A stretch of 64,000 bases of DNA from Octopus sinensis. Its lineage: Eukaryota. A program made the position numbers and the translations under genes. Location of the stretch: NCBI RefSeq assembly GCF_006345805.1, contig NC_043010.1, positions 59,954,001-60,018,000 of the forward strand, written 5' to 3'. Shown here piece by piece: positions 51,331 through 64,000 of this stretch (position 1 is the first letter of the stretch; every line of letters starts with the position of its first letter). Below the pieces are notes generated by a model, which worked only from the letters and a program-made list of their open reading frames with translations, was not told the DNA's origin and did not search any database.

Positions 51331-52264
51331 CACTTTAAGCAATCAGCACATCTTTATACAGCTGTCTTTGTTCGTATCCATACAATGTCTAAGCCATCAT
51401 AGCCTTCTCTCTTGCATGGCCACATTACGTGTGTGTGTGTGTGTGTGTGTGTGTGCATGCGTGCGTACGTGTGTGTGTCATTATCATCATCGTCCTTTAA
51501 CATCCACTTTTCTATGCTTGCATGATGGGTCAGCTAGAATTTGTTGTAGTAGATTTTCTACAACTGGATGCCATTTCTATTGCCAACCTTTGCCTGTTTC
51601 CAAATAATTTCATATTTCTCCATGTCGAGGAATGTTCCCAGTGGATGACTGGAATCAAACAACATTTGATGATGATGATGATGCACATAGATGTCAAGTC
51701 AAGTGTGCACACAAACACATGCATATATACATATATACACATATATACACAATGAGCTTCTTTCAGCTTCTGTCTACCAAATTCACTCACTAGGCTTTAG
51801 TCAGTCTGATGCTATAGTAGAGAGACTTGCCCAAGGTGCCATGCAGTGGGATTGAACCCAAAATCAAGCAAGCTTCTCAACCACATGGTCACACACATGT
51901 AGACATCCAGTTTTATAAGCACACCACCACCACCACTACCCCACTTAAAACGCCTCTCATGTGCACTCATCCACACACACACAACCTAAATACAAATAGC
52001 TAAACACAATTTACTAATAAGACACACAGCAAAGAGGAAAGAACGAGGAGCATGTGATGGTGCAAGAGGGAGTAGGAGGGAGACACCGTCATCAATTAAG
52101 TCACAGATTTGAAGGAAGGAAATTGACAAACCAATCAATCAATTAATTAAATAATTTACTAACCAGTTAACTGATTACATGATTAATTGATAAAAACCAG
52201 AGGTGAATACTGCAATGGTCTTATGGCACAAACAAACTACCTGCAGTAATTGGGATGTTCCTCA

Positions 52265-52317
<53 letters not shown>

Positions 52318-52700
52318 AAGCACACACACACACATATATACATATATATATAGTTACTTAAGAGTTGCCTAAAACTCCATAAGTCAGAGAAAACAAACAC
52401 ACATATAGTTGTGAATATTGTAGAGTTGATATATGAATATTTATTCTATGCAACATTATAAATCCATTTCAGCTGAATTTACTGAACTTGAGTATGAAAC
52501 TGATGGGCAAAATCAGCTGAAATGGATCTAAAATACTGTATAGTATAAATATTAATACACATACATATATATATATACACACACACACACACATATGTAT
52601 ATATAAACATGTATGTGTGTGTGTGTATCAACATGTGCACACACACATGCATACATATACATAACCCATGCTAGCATGGAAAACGGACGTTAAACGATGA

Positions 52701-52761
<61 letters not shown>

Positions 52762-52779
52762 CATACATATATCCATGAT

Positions 52780-52950
52780 AGATCGCTAGCCACTGCAAAT
52801 TCTTTATTTTCTCTCCTTGTTTCCTTCTGTGTTCAGAGCGTAGGCTCGAAACGTTAAAGACTTTTCACTTCCCGAGCGTTAAACTAATACATCTGTTTGT
52901 TGTCTACACCACCTGTCTTCTCTTTTGTTTTTTTGTGAATTCTCCCCATA
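52780..52950 (+). mobile_element. Short (TA)n-anchored repeat, family B (hammerhead core strand deleted in this copy)
   Basis: Homologous to 54480-54660 and 47572-47680. It retains GAGC-GTAG-GCTC GAAACGT T AAAGAC. Confidence 0.75.
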
Positions 52951-52967
52951 CATACATACATACATAC

Positions 52968-53012
<45 letters not shown>

Positions 53013-53331
53013 CATATTTATCAATTTGTGTTGCAAGATTCCTGATGTGAAATCGTGTGTTGAAAAAGATGTTGTATTTTGGAATGATCTTTTTTTTTTT
53101 CTTCCCAAATAAACACATGCACTATATATATCTTTTCTCCACTTACTCCAAGTGGAGCAAGAGCACACAAGGAAATGAAAAGTGTCGCTGAAGAGGTCAC
53201 AGATCTGTGACGAAAAATTTCTGGACAATGGACATCAATTAAAATAAGAACAGTAATAAACAAGTGAAGAAAAATATATATATATTGCATGTGTTTATTT
53301 GGGAAAAAGAAAAATGACCATCCCGAAATAT

Positions 53332-53404
<73 letters not shown>

Positions 53405-54034
53405 TACATACACATACATACATGAACGAACACTTGTGTGTGTGTGTGTATGGATTCATACATGCACATATACATCTGCTTCACTCACACATAAAAGACT
53501 GGGTTCTGCACAGTTTGCATCTCCCAAATTTCCCTCACCATTTATTGATCAGCCTGAGACTGCAGTAGACATGTTTTTATTTACTATATTAAAAGTTCAA
53601 AAAAGAAAGAAACTAAGTGTATGGTAGTTTGTAGTTTTTCTCTTTTGCAAGGCCTATATTATGATGATTTACTGCTAATCCTGATAAATCATTCTGACAT
53701 TATTAAATGGCTTCTCTTGTTACTTAATACAGACCCCTGCAAATATGGGAATTGGAGAAACTTTGCTTCACATATAATGTATAGTCATGTATGATTGGAC
53801 AGCATGAAAGCAAACTTTCAAATACAAACACTTTCCTTACTGTTGGTTGTAATGAATTCTGAAATAGTTTTATTCAACTGGATGTGTGGCTGAGACGTTT
53901 GCAACCCTGTGGTTCCACATAAAAGCCTAATGTGTGCCATCTTGGGCAAATGGTTTGTGCTTTCTATCATAGCCTTGCAAGTGGGAAGTTGGCTGATGGA
54001 AACTGTGCTGAAGCCAAGTGTTGGTATGTATGTA

Positions 54035-54090
<56 letters not shown>

Positions 54091-54311
54091 AAAATAAGAA
54101 AATGGAGAAACAAATTTAGTTGGTTCATCAACTTTCGGATATTAGAATGTTGGATTATTCATTCATTTAACAAAATGAGAACCTGAAAGCATACATATAT
54201 ATTTTATAATTCAATACATATAAGATAAGAATACAAATTATAAAATCATAATATAAATTATTGAAATCATTTATCCCTTAGTGGGTTACACCCATAACCC
54301 CTAACTTACTT

Positions 54312-54397
<86 letters not shown>

Positions 54398-54532
54398 TAC
54401 ATACAAACATACAAACAAACATAGACTGACAAATAGACAGAGACACACACTCACATACACAAAGATACATATTTATATATGATAGATCGTTAGCCACTAC
54501 ACACATTATTTTCTCTCCTTGTTTTTTTCTGT

Positions 54533-54574
54533 GTCCCTTTCTGTAGAAGAGCGTAGGCTCGAAACGTAAAAGAC
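54533..54574 (+). ncRNA. Hammerhead-like motif, family B (U6 variant, loop-less ACGT stem III)
   Basis: GTCCCTTT CTGTAGA A GAGC-GTAG-GCTC GAAACGT A AAAGAC, within repeat 54480-54660. Confidence 0.5.
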
Positions 54575-54654
54575 TTTTTCTACTCCTGGGCATTATACAT
54601 CTGTTTGTTTTGTACACCACTTGTCTTCATCTCTTGTTTTTTTTCGTAAACTCT

Positions 54655-54729
<75 letters not shown>

Positions 54730-54813
54730 AATGTTTGCATTTATGTGAAGTTGTTTATAAAAACAATGTAACTGAAGGATTACTTGAAAGTGCAGTTCTA
54801 TTAATTTTTATAA

Positions 54814-54918
54814 GGTAAAGGTTGACAGTGACTTTGAAGTTTTGGCTTGCGCTCTATTACCAGGCTGACTGATGATGGTGAGCAAGCTGAAACTTCAAAG
54901 TCACTATCAACCTTAACC
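54814..54918. ncRNA. Head-to-head inverted pair of hammerhead relics (family D) forming a long hairpin
   Basis: Arms 54814-54854 and 54879-54918 are complementary. The + strand has CTGATGA (54869) T GGT-GAGCAA-GCT GAAA CTT-CA-AAGT C. Confidence 0.55.
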
Positions 54919-57398
54919 CAAGTATGACAAATGCCAGCAGGCTGAAAGTTTCCAGTCGTTGTCAGCTCTCTTCTTGTAAAAGTTTAGTAAATACCAAATA
55001 TATTCTCTACTAAAAAAGCATTGAGCAATTCTTCAGTTTAATGTAACATTATTTTTATGTATGACTTCAAATAAAAAAGAAACACTAATATATACATGTG
55101 TATATAAAATCAACTCTCTTGGCAGAATAATAAACAGAGGAAATTTTATTTTTATTGATGAGGCATTCATGATGAATCTTACTAATTTACAAGCTATCAA
55201 AATATTAATTGCATCCTTTTGATCATCAAGGCTTACTTAATTAATATAAATATACTTCTTATGCCCTGGGTCAAAATGTAAGTGTACACACACACACACA
55301 TGCCTATTCACACGTATGCACACAAAACACAATCATATGCATAAACACACACTCACACATATATGTATATAATGACAGCAGGATATTACGTATTTACATT
55401 ACAACTTCAAGTTTTGCTATTATGTGGTTCGTGACATAACATGGAGTAAGTTTTATGGTTCCACCTATATATATATATTAGTATATAATTTAATATTAAA
55501 TTGTCATCTATAAGTCAGTAGTTAATGTTTCAAATTCTAAAAGGCTTGTTATCATTGCTGTATTGGTGTGTTCATGGTTTTATGATAGTTAGTATGTAAA
55601 TTTTTGAAAAATATTTCCATTTGTTTTTATTTTTGCAAACAACCAATAAAAGGAAGAAAATTAAGCAGTTATTGAGTGTATCTCCAGATGCAATTATTCT
55701 GAGAAAGTCAGAGAATTATTTTTAAGTAGAGTTCATACAAACGCTAATGTTTTATTTAAAATTTCAAATGGTTTTTAAAAAAAGCAACAAAATTGTTTTA
55801 TCATTATTTCAAAATACATTTGGTGAGAGACCATTCTAATATCTAAAAATGTATTTTTACATATGCAGTCATAAAGAAATCATCTCAGTATGCTTGTTCG
55901 ATGTTTAGTACTCTCCTTTAAATTAAGAGTTTCTCAAGTCTACATAAATTACAGATTGAGTTAATTTGTGCATAAAGTATTGGTTTATCTAGAAAATGCA
56001 ATCTAATGTTGTAGATTGAACTATTATTTTTGGAAAATCAAACACTAGGCTTGTGCAGAACCAAATTTATTTTCAAAGTATAACTATGCAGATAATGTCT
56101 AATATCAAATTGATTAAAATTATTTTGCTATTAATCCAATGTAATCTATGCCATTCAGGTTGTTAGCTGTGACAGTGACTGCCTGAATAACTAATTCTTT
56201 TTTAGACAATGGCCATTAACTAGACATATGCTTAGGGAATAGCAATTGCATTTTGGGGTGTAAATATTCTATGGATTCCCATAATTTTAATTATTCATAA
56301 TTTTGCAATTATTAATGGATGGTAGGGTAATTGTGCAGTTTGTTAGTTTTGAGTAGCTTATTTTGAATGAATTTATGTTGAAATTTTGTCATATTTACAT
56401 TTAGGAGGAAAGAGCTGTTTTACAAGAAGGTGAAATATTTCTTCCAAATGGGATATTGATATCGATTAAATGTCAGGAATTAAACCATCATGTGGCCTTT
56501 CTTTGTGCAAGGGTGGAATACAGTTTAACTTTCAAAAGTACGGGCTTAGTCAGGGGAGGATAATAATTGGGATCAAACTGAGTGAAAGTGTATTTTTATG
56601 ATAAAAATTGCAAAAACTATCTTGGAGTCACACAACTATATATTTATGACTGTAGACAAAATTAAAAAAGGGAAACACACTTAAAATTAATTATAATACT
56701 TGCAATAATCTACTACAAACATCATCATCATCGTTTAGCGTCCGTTAAACAGTATAACAAATAATTATAAAAAGGCATCAGTAATACATTAATTCTATAC
56801 ATAACATGGTTAAAAACATGGCTTTGAGTCTTAATGCAGAAAATGGAATAGAAATATCAAGGACCGTGTTCCCAATTTATAACCCCACCCCCTACTCATC
56901 CCACAAAAAAAAAAGAAAAAAAGAAACAATAGAATACAGGGAAGTCTCAGAGTCATTCTTTGAAACAACAGAGTATTAGTTATGAGTTGGTTAAGAAACA
57001 ATTATGAAACATAAAGTCACTGATTTCCAGATTTCTATAAAATGTCTCCTTTTAAATCCTCTAGATTTCAAGAAACACTAATCTGCCAGGAACTCTTTCA
57101 TTAGCCATAATAATGAATGTTTCTAATATAGACACAAGGCCAGCAATTTGTAGGACTTGGACTCAGAATGTAAAAAGCTGGAACAAATACCACAAGGCAC
57201 TTTTTTTTAGTGCAATAAAAATTGACCATGATGATGAGGAGGAGGATAAGGATGGTGGTGGTGGTGGTGGTGGGAACAATGATGAGGATGATGATTGCCA
57301 CCACCAGCATCATAATGCTTATTTCTCCCTGCTGACATGAGCTGAACATGTGCATGCACACACACACACACACACACCCTCTCTCTCTCTCTCTCTCT

Positions 57399-57436
<38 letters not shown>

Positions 57437-58615
57437 TCACACACAGAGTTAACACAGTTATTCCAAATATTGTCGTTTTATTTATGTTCCACTGTTGTAT
57501 CCTCTTCAGCCTCCCTCTCACCCCTTGCATTGCCACATTTTAATCGGATGAAGTGTAGTGTTTTCCTTCTTTGTGCTGCTGTCTTGTGTAAGTTAGAACA
57601 CCATTAGAAAGATTATCTTCTTCTACTCTTCCTTAGATTCATATTTTAGTAAGAAAATGCTTTGAGATGTTCATCTGGGAGCAACTGTTTTTTTGGGTTT
57701 TTTATATATATATATATATATATATCAGTTGCTTTACTCTATCCATCATCTCGTTATCATTTGGGCATTGCCCCAAATTAATTAACTGGTTGTCAATCAA
57801 TGTTATGCTCTAAGACAGCTTGGATTGAGAGAAGGCTTCTTGCATGCAGGCGAGAGAAGTTACTCTCTTTCAGAGGTTCAATTATGGCAGGAGTTTAGTG
57901 CTTACACTCTACAAGATATGAAGCTATACTGGCAAAAAAAAAAGAAAAAAGAAAATCACTGTCTTTCTCTCTGTGGCTATCTTTCTCTCATATTTATTTG
58001 ATCTTAGACTCTTCTTCATACACAGTATTCATGTAAGTGTTAATACTCACTCATTATTGCTCTAGCATATCATTGATACACTTTCATCCACTTCTACATA
58101 CAAATACATCATCATCATTGTCACCATTATCATCATCACTTAACGTCTGGTTTCCATGCTGGCATGGGTTGGACAGTTCAATTGCAGTTGGCAAACCAGA
58201 GGAGTGCATCGACCTCTATTATCTGCTTTGGTATGGTCTCTATTGTTGGGTGCCCTTCCTCAGATCAACTACTTTGCAGGGTGTACTGGGTGCCTTTTAC
58301 GTGACATCATCACTGGTGTGGTTACCAAGTACCTAGCAAGACAAAGAACCCATGACTAGGAGTGGCAGTAGTATTCAGGGTGGTGGATTCGTGCCAGTTG
58401 AGGTTAGAGTATGATAGGGGGTACAGAGATAGGTGTCTTGCTATAGAGAAGATACATGATACCCAATTGGAAAGGGAAGGAGAGAAAGAGAGAGAGATGG
58501 TGGTGATGTATTGGAACATCTCAGGGTACAGTGGGGATGAATATAAATGAAGTGGTACATAGGATTGGACAGGGTACCACTTCACTTATTTTCACACCCA
58601 CCAACTCTCATATCA

Positions 58616-58646
<31 letters not shown>

Positions 58647-58647
58647 A

Positions 58648-58705
<58 letters not shown>

Positions 58706-58707
<2 letters not shown>

Positions 58708-58860
58708 AGAGTGAGCACATAAATGTGAGACAAGGTGAAAAAAGTAGTACTTGAATACCAGAGGTAGAGTAATATGCTTTATTAAAAAGCAGCAGAAATA
58801 TCACAAAAACTGTTACTCAGAGTTTCACATTCCCATTTGTAGGACAATTTTGTTTAGAAT
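58706..58860 (-). mobile_element. Second copy of the family E repeat with hammerhead relic at 58807-58850
   Basis: AAATTGT CCTACAA ATG-GGAA-TGT GAAA CTCTGAGT A ACAGTTT, abutting a (TA)n run. Confidence 0.7.
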
Positions 58861-58862
58861 GC

Positions 58863-58914
58863 AACAGAAATAAGGTTATAAGCAAACATATTTGCTTATA
58901 ACCTTATTTCTGTT
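58863..58914. repeat. Perfect 24-bp inverted repeat with a 4-nt loop
   Basis: AACAGAAATAAGGTTATAAGCAAA-CATA-TTTGCTTATAACCTTATTTCTGTT. Confidence 0.97.
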
Positions 58915-58939
58915 CTATTATATATGTGTATGTATGTGT

Positions 58940-59790
58940 GTGTGTCATTTTTCAGTTTTATTTCAAGATTACTTGCCAATAGAGAAAGAACCGGTTTCTA
59001 ACATAGATCCAAGGTTCCTTCATTGGAATTTCAACATCAACAACAGGGTATTTTTGTTTGTATGTATGTATGTGCAGATTTGTATGTTTTATGTATGTAT
59101 TCTCATACATATCGCTGCATGTCTAGACATGCTCATATATATTTAAACGATAAACTTCTGGAAAGTTTTACACAATTTAACAATTCCAGTGATGGATTGG
59201 ATCAGTAGTCTTCGAATTAGCTTTCTCCTTTCTGGTTCTGAGAAGCCTAATTTCTCAAGATTGCTATTTAGGCAGTGTGTTACATATCCCAGGGCCCCAA
59301 TAATTTCAGATATAAACCCAAACTTGTAATCTGGATAGAGTAACTGCAGATTTCTCAATAGTTCAGCATAGGTGTTCTCCTTTTCCTTGATCTTCAGTTT
59401 TATGCTAACATCCACTGGGCAGCTGATTTCCACAACTGTACACAGTTTCTCTCTCTATCACAAATCACTATATCAGGTCTATGATGTTTACCTTTTATTG
59501 AGGTTTTCACTGGGACATTCCACCAATATGCCTTTTTATTACGAGTGGCTATAGCTTCCACCATACTGTGGGTTCTTATTTCTTTAGCCTCAGGGTTACC
59601 CTTCAGTTGGATCTCATTATACAATGTCCTAGCTACAACATCATGTCTCATCAGTAGATAATACTGTGATGACATTTTCAGACAACGGCTTATTATATGG
59701 GTGATATCTTTGGTGTTAACTCCACAACATCTGCATTGGTTATCCCATTTTGCTGCTTTTCCTTCATTTCTTGCCCTTTTGTGCATCAGG
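58940..59790 (-). mobile_element. RLE-type non-LTR retrotransposon 3' fragment (CCHC plus RLE plus probable 3' UTR)
   Basis: CRCCGVNTKDITHIISRC, MRHDVVA, HHRPDIVI, EISCPVD...EKENTYAELL...IIGALG, near-intact across one frameshift. Confidence 0.9.
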
Positions 59791-60402
59791 TATTTGGTTG
59801 ATATTTTGTGTTCCTAGATTCCAAGCACATACCCTTCGAAGTGGGGGGTAGTAATCTGGTTGTTGGTCCATGACAGACTGCTTTGGTGATCAATGTTACT
59901 GTCATCCCAGAGCTGTCTACTAATACATCCATGCATGGTACAATCTTTTCATCATCCCCTCCTCCAATGCCTCCTCCCCTCTTAAAAGTTTTTGTCTTGC
60001 AAGTACTCAGTGACCCTGTCAGTGAAGGTGCCACTTAAAAGCACCTGGTCCACACTGTAAAGTGGTTGGTGTTCAGAAGGGCATCCAGCTGTAAAAACCT
60101 TACCAAAACTGACCTTGCCTATGCTTGTGCCATGTAAAAAGCACCAAGTCCACTCTGGTGAGTGGTTGGTGTTAGGAAGGGCATCCAGCTGTAAAACTCC
60201 TGCTAAACAATCACAGAACTCTGGTGTAGGCTTCGGCCTGGCCAGCTCTTGGGGTACCATGCTAGCATGGAACACAGACGTTAAATGATGATGATGACGA
60301 GGATGATGATATACATACATGTGTGCATATATATATATATATATAGACAGACAGGAGGCAGGTATGTATGTATGTATGTATGTATGTATGTATGTATGTA
60401 TG

Positions 60403-60462
<60 letters not shown>

Positions 60463-60871
60463 TACATACTCACTCACACATTATCAGGAGATTAATAACA
60501 ATTAATCAAAGTACCCATAAAAAAAAAGCATCTGAAAAATTAGAGTTATCAAGTCATAGGAAATTCAAAATGCAGATTTATTCTAGAATCCTTATTGATT
60601 TAAATCTGTTTCAAAAGCCAAAGCTGATTATAAAAGGAAAATGAAGTTCTGTTATCTTGTACAGAGAATGCTGAAAAGTCTTTTACATGCCAGGAGCTGC
60701 CTCAAAAACTGTTTGGAAGCTCACTTCTTAATGAATTAGAATTAACTAATTATTTAAAATTTACTAACAGACCTAATCATTGACCACTTTCTGTAAAGAA
60801 TGTCAGAAACCATCAGCCATATTCCACAATACAATACATCAACGTGTGAGTGCTTTTAAACTTAAATACAT

Positions 60872-60935
<64 letters not shown>

Positions 60936-60960
60936 CTATGTTTATCTGTCTATCTACATA

Positions 60961-61300
60961 CAGGGTGCCCCCAAAAATGCATGTACACTTTAACAACTGA
61001 TAACCCAATTTAACCTATTAGGATTGATGAAGGGAGCCAAACTAAGCCTTGAACAAAGAAAATTTGTCCTAAACTGCCACTGGAAGTTTGAAATGTTGTT
61101 GAAGTGCATTTAAGAGGATGTTTCGAACAGACTCACGTATGTGACTTACCATCACTTGAATTAGAAATAAGTTTAAAGCAGATGGAATTGTTTAATGTCC
61201 ACAAAACACAGTCCAGAAGGTCACAGATATCAACAAGCCCCACAAAGCAAGAAAGGGTATGAGAAACAAATTGCCAAAGTTCAACAAAATTTGTAAGTGT
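60961..61300 (+). mobile_element. Tc1-like transposon 5' end relic
   Basis: TA|CAGGGTG terminus, then MKGAKLSLEQRKFVLNCHWKF...IRNKFKADG, an HTH-type N-terminus with frameshifts. Confidence 0.65.
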
Positions 61301-61314
61301 TTTCTATACTGGGA

Positions 61315-61392
<78 letters not shown>

Positions 61393-64000
61393 CTTAAATC
61401 AATGTATTTCTGAGGTTTATCTTTGGACTGGAGTCAAGTGAGAATTTGAGAGTTCCTTTCTTTTCTAAGTATATTATTGGTGTGAACTGAACCCACCATG
61501 TTCTTGACTGCATGTAGCATTAGCTATTACTTAATGCCAGTTTCCTTTTGAGATTAGAAGAATGTGTATGCATGTGTCTGTCATTCTATGTGTAATACAA
61601 TGAATAGATTCACTCCATACTAAGTAACAATGCAGAGCAGTTGTTTAAAGTGTCTTGCCTGTTCACTCACTTTCAAAAAAAATTGGCGACAGTGTCAGGG
61701 AAAGAGAATCTTGGCACCAGAAAGCTGAGCTTGGTAAAAGACTGCCTCATGAATATTGATTTCATTTATCAATCAATATCCATCAGGCTAGCACCTGGCT
61801 TCAGTTTCACAATTTCTTTTAATAAGATGCAATAGCATACTAATTGGACTTGACAGCAGTCTAGCATAGTTGAAACATGTTTAGGACAAATGATTTGTGT
61901 AGCTTGGTAGAGAGAAAAACGGGAAAATATTTGCAGTGGTAGTCATTACTTACAATGCTTGGCTGAATGATTTCATAATATGAAAATCTGATTTCTAAAG
62001 TAAAAGAAGGAAATGTTGTAGAGGTAAATATAATGATAGAATGAAATTTCTAGGACCACTGAAAGATTTCTCAGATCCAATTTCTGATTACTAAAAACCG
62101 AAAGTGATCAGAATATATCTCAGCTAGTCTACAGAGGGAAATTATCCTGATATTCATTTATCAATCCAATCTCTTCACAAAGAATTTAGATTGAAAATAC
62201 CTGCAACTGTTTTATGCATCGGCTTCATTTCTGATGCAATATGCTATTTTAAATCCTGTAATCTCTGAGATTCCTTCTTGGCAAGTTTATTAATTGCATT
62301 TCATTAAGTTACAAGGGAAATAGAAAAAGAAATCTTTTGACCATTGATCTCATCATCTGAGACTTTATTTGTTACACCACAAATGGTTATAGAATCACTT
62401 TGGAAAATAATGATCCAGTGAGGGAGCTTTTATGCTCTTACTCAATCTGCTAGAAATAGCTGCCAAATCACATTCTAATTATATCCTACCTTACTGGGTG
62501 GGGGGAATGTATGAATACACTGGATAAGGTAGTCTTAGATACTACATAATCTAATGTATTGGATATTGCATTCCTAATCTTTGGAAGTCAGAGAGTTAAA
62601 TTTTACACTACTACTGATTTGTAAGTGAGTAATTCATCCATTTAAACGGTATTTAAAATTAGTTCCTAAAGACACTGATATTGAGCTGAATTTCACACTA
62701 AACTTAGCAACTTAGTTCTCAGTTTGTGCTATATTTTCTTCACTTTCATCATAGTTATTTGTTGATGAGGAACCTTATCTTATAATTAGTAAAATGAGCA
62801 TTCATGTAATGAAGTCAGCCAAGAAATTTCAATTATACATACATATACAAGAAGCCTTGTATATTTTCCATCTATCAAATTTACTCACAAGGTATTGGGT
62901 TGCCTAGGGCTACATTGGAACACACCTGCTGAAGCTATAATGCAATAGGACCAAACTTCTTAACCACAATGTCGTACCAAATTCAGTGCATGTGGGAGAG
63001 TGAGCGAGAAAGAGAGGGAAGTTGGGAAATGATTTGTGAAATGTAATAAAAACAAAATGGAAATAAACCAAGCTTTGTGAAAAGTGTTAGAATCCAATTT
63101 TGTAAGATCTTCATGAAGAGGCCAAGTCTTTGTTTTGTTACTGTATTTGTTCAATGCTGAGTTGGCACAACTTCAAAAATTCACCAGTGTCCTTTGAAAT
63201 GAAACTCTTTGCATTGTTTTGTTTAAGTTATTTACATTATTCCGAATGAAAGAGAAACTGGTCTTATATAATCAACTCAATGCATTCAAAAGTATTTGGT
63301 ATTTTCAAAAATCAGAAATAACAGTGTAATCTATCCTTTCTGCAGAATATAATGTCTTTGTCACAATGAATGCAAAAAGAATTTTTCTGGTAGTAATTAG
63401 CATTGCGATAGTAATCACATTTATAACACACTGCATTTTATCAATCTGAAAAATATGTTTTGATTTTTTTAAGTATTTCTTAACTGTGTTTAACTAATTG
63501 CTTCAGACAAGGAGTAGCCATGTACAAAATATTCTCTGGATGGATAAAATGTGTGTTTTGATGTGAGAATCAGTGCAACACTAAATATAACTGTAACTTG
63601 ACTACAAGTTATATTAACAACCATATTTGTGGGATCCCATCAAAAGCAATAGGGGAAAAGATTAAGTTTGAAAATTATTGTAGCCAGTTCATACATGGAT
63701 CCAGTGTTTGATAGAGTCTGCTCAGTGAAAAGATAAAGGTAACAGAAGACATATTTTTCCAGCAAATAAATAGTTGTTTGCTGATATGAATGATTCACCA
63801 AAAATTGTACTTGCTACAAAATAAACAAGTACAATGCTGAAACAACTTTATGGATAACTAGGATAGAAGTAAGAGAATATTTTAATTTTAATAATTTTTT
63901 CACTAAATTCTGGTTGAATTTTGGAAATATGAATTCATCATCATCATCATTATAGTCTGGTAAATTAGAAAATGACATTGGAAACAGAATTGTTTTGACT

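Noticed and set aside
58985-59030. GAAA-CCGGT-T palindrome with a preceding stem-loop in the RLE LINE 3' UTR (minus strand)
   Set aside because: The core strand (ATGAAGG) has no 3:8 pair and stem I does not form. It is treated as an ordinary UTR hairpin.

Overview
AT-rich, repeat-dense eukaryotic DNA, almost certainly octopus (inferred from the coleoid-type protocadherin, the SINE and LINE repertoire and the long (TA)n/(TAA)n tracts). There is one convincing host gene: a + strand protocadherin whose large exon (acceptor 33978-79, ATG 34036, donor GTAAGT 36418) encodes a signal peptide, six cadherin repeats, a TM helix and the start of the cytoplasmic tail. Almost every other ORF in the supplied track is a microsatellite translation or a transposon relic: RTE and R4/Dong-like LINEs, Penelope RT and GIY-YIG pieces, mariner/Tc1 elements, a TTAA MITE and tRNA-derived SINEs. 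The main unexplained signal is a set of at least five mutually unrelated short, ORF-less repeats, mostly abutting (TA)n runs. Each folds by eye into a minimal type I hammerhead ribozyme with a palindromic, dimer-type stem III, and several have non-canonical cores (G3:C8 swap, U6, U3, extra nucleotide after A9). Also notable: a stack of R4/Dong-like LINEs inserted successively into (TAA)n tails, a G-rich 18-bp minisatellite grown from inside a SINE, and a calcium-motif-deficient EC3-EC4 linker in the protocadherin. All folds and alignments were done by eye and none has been computed.
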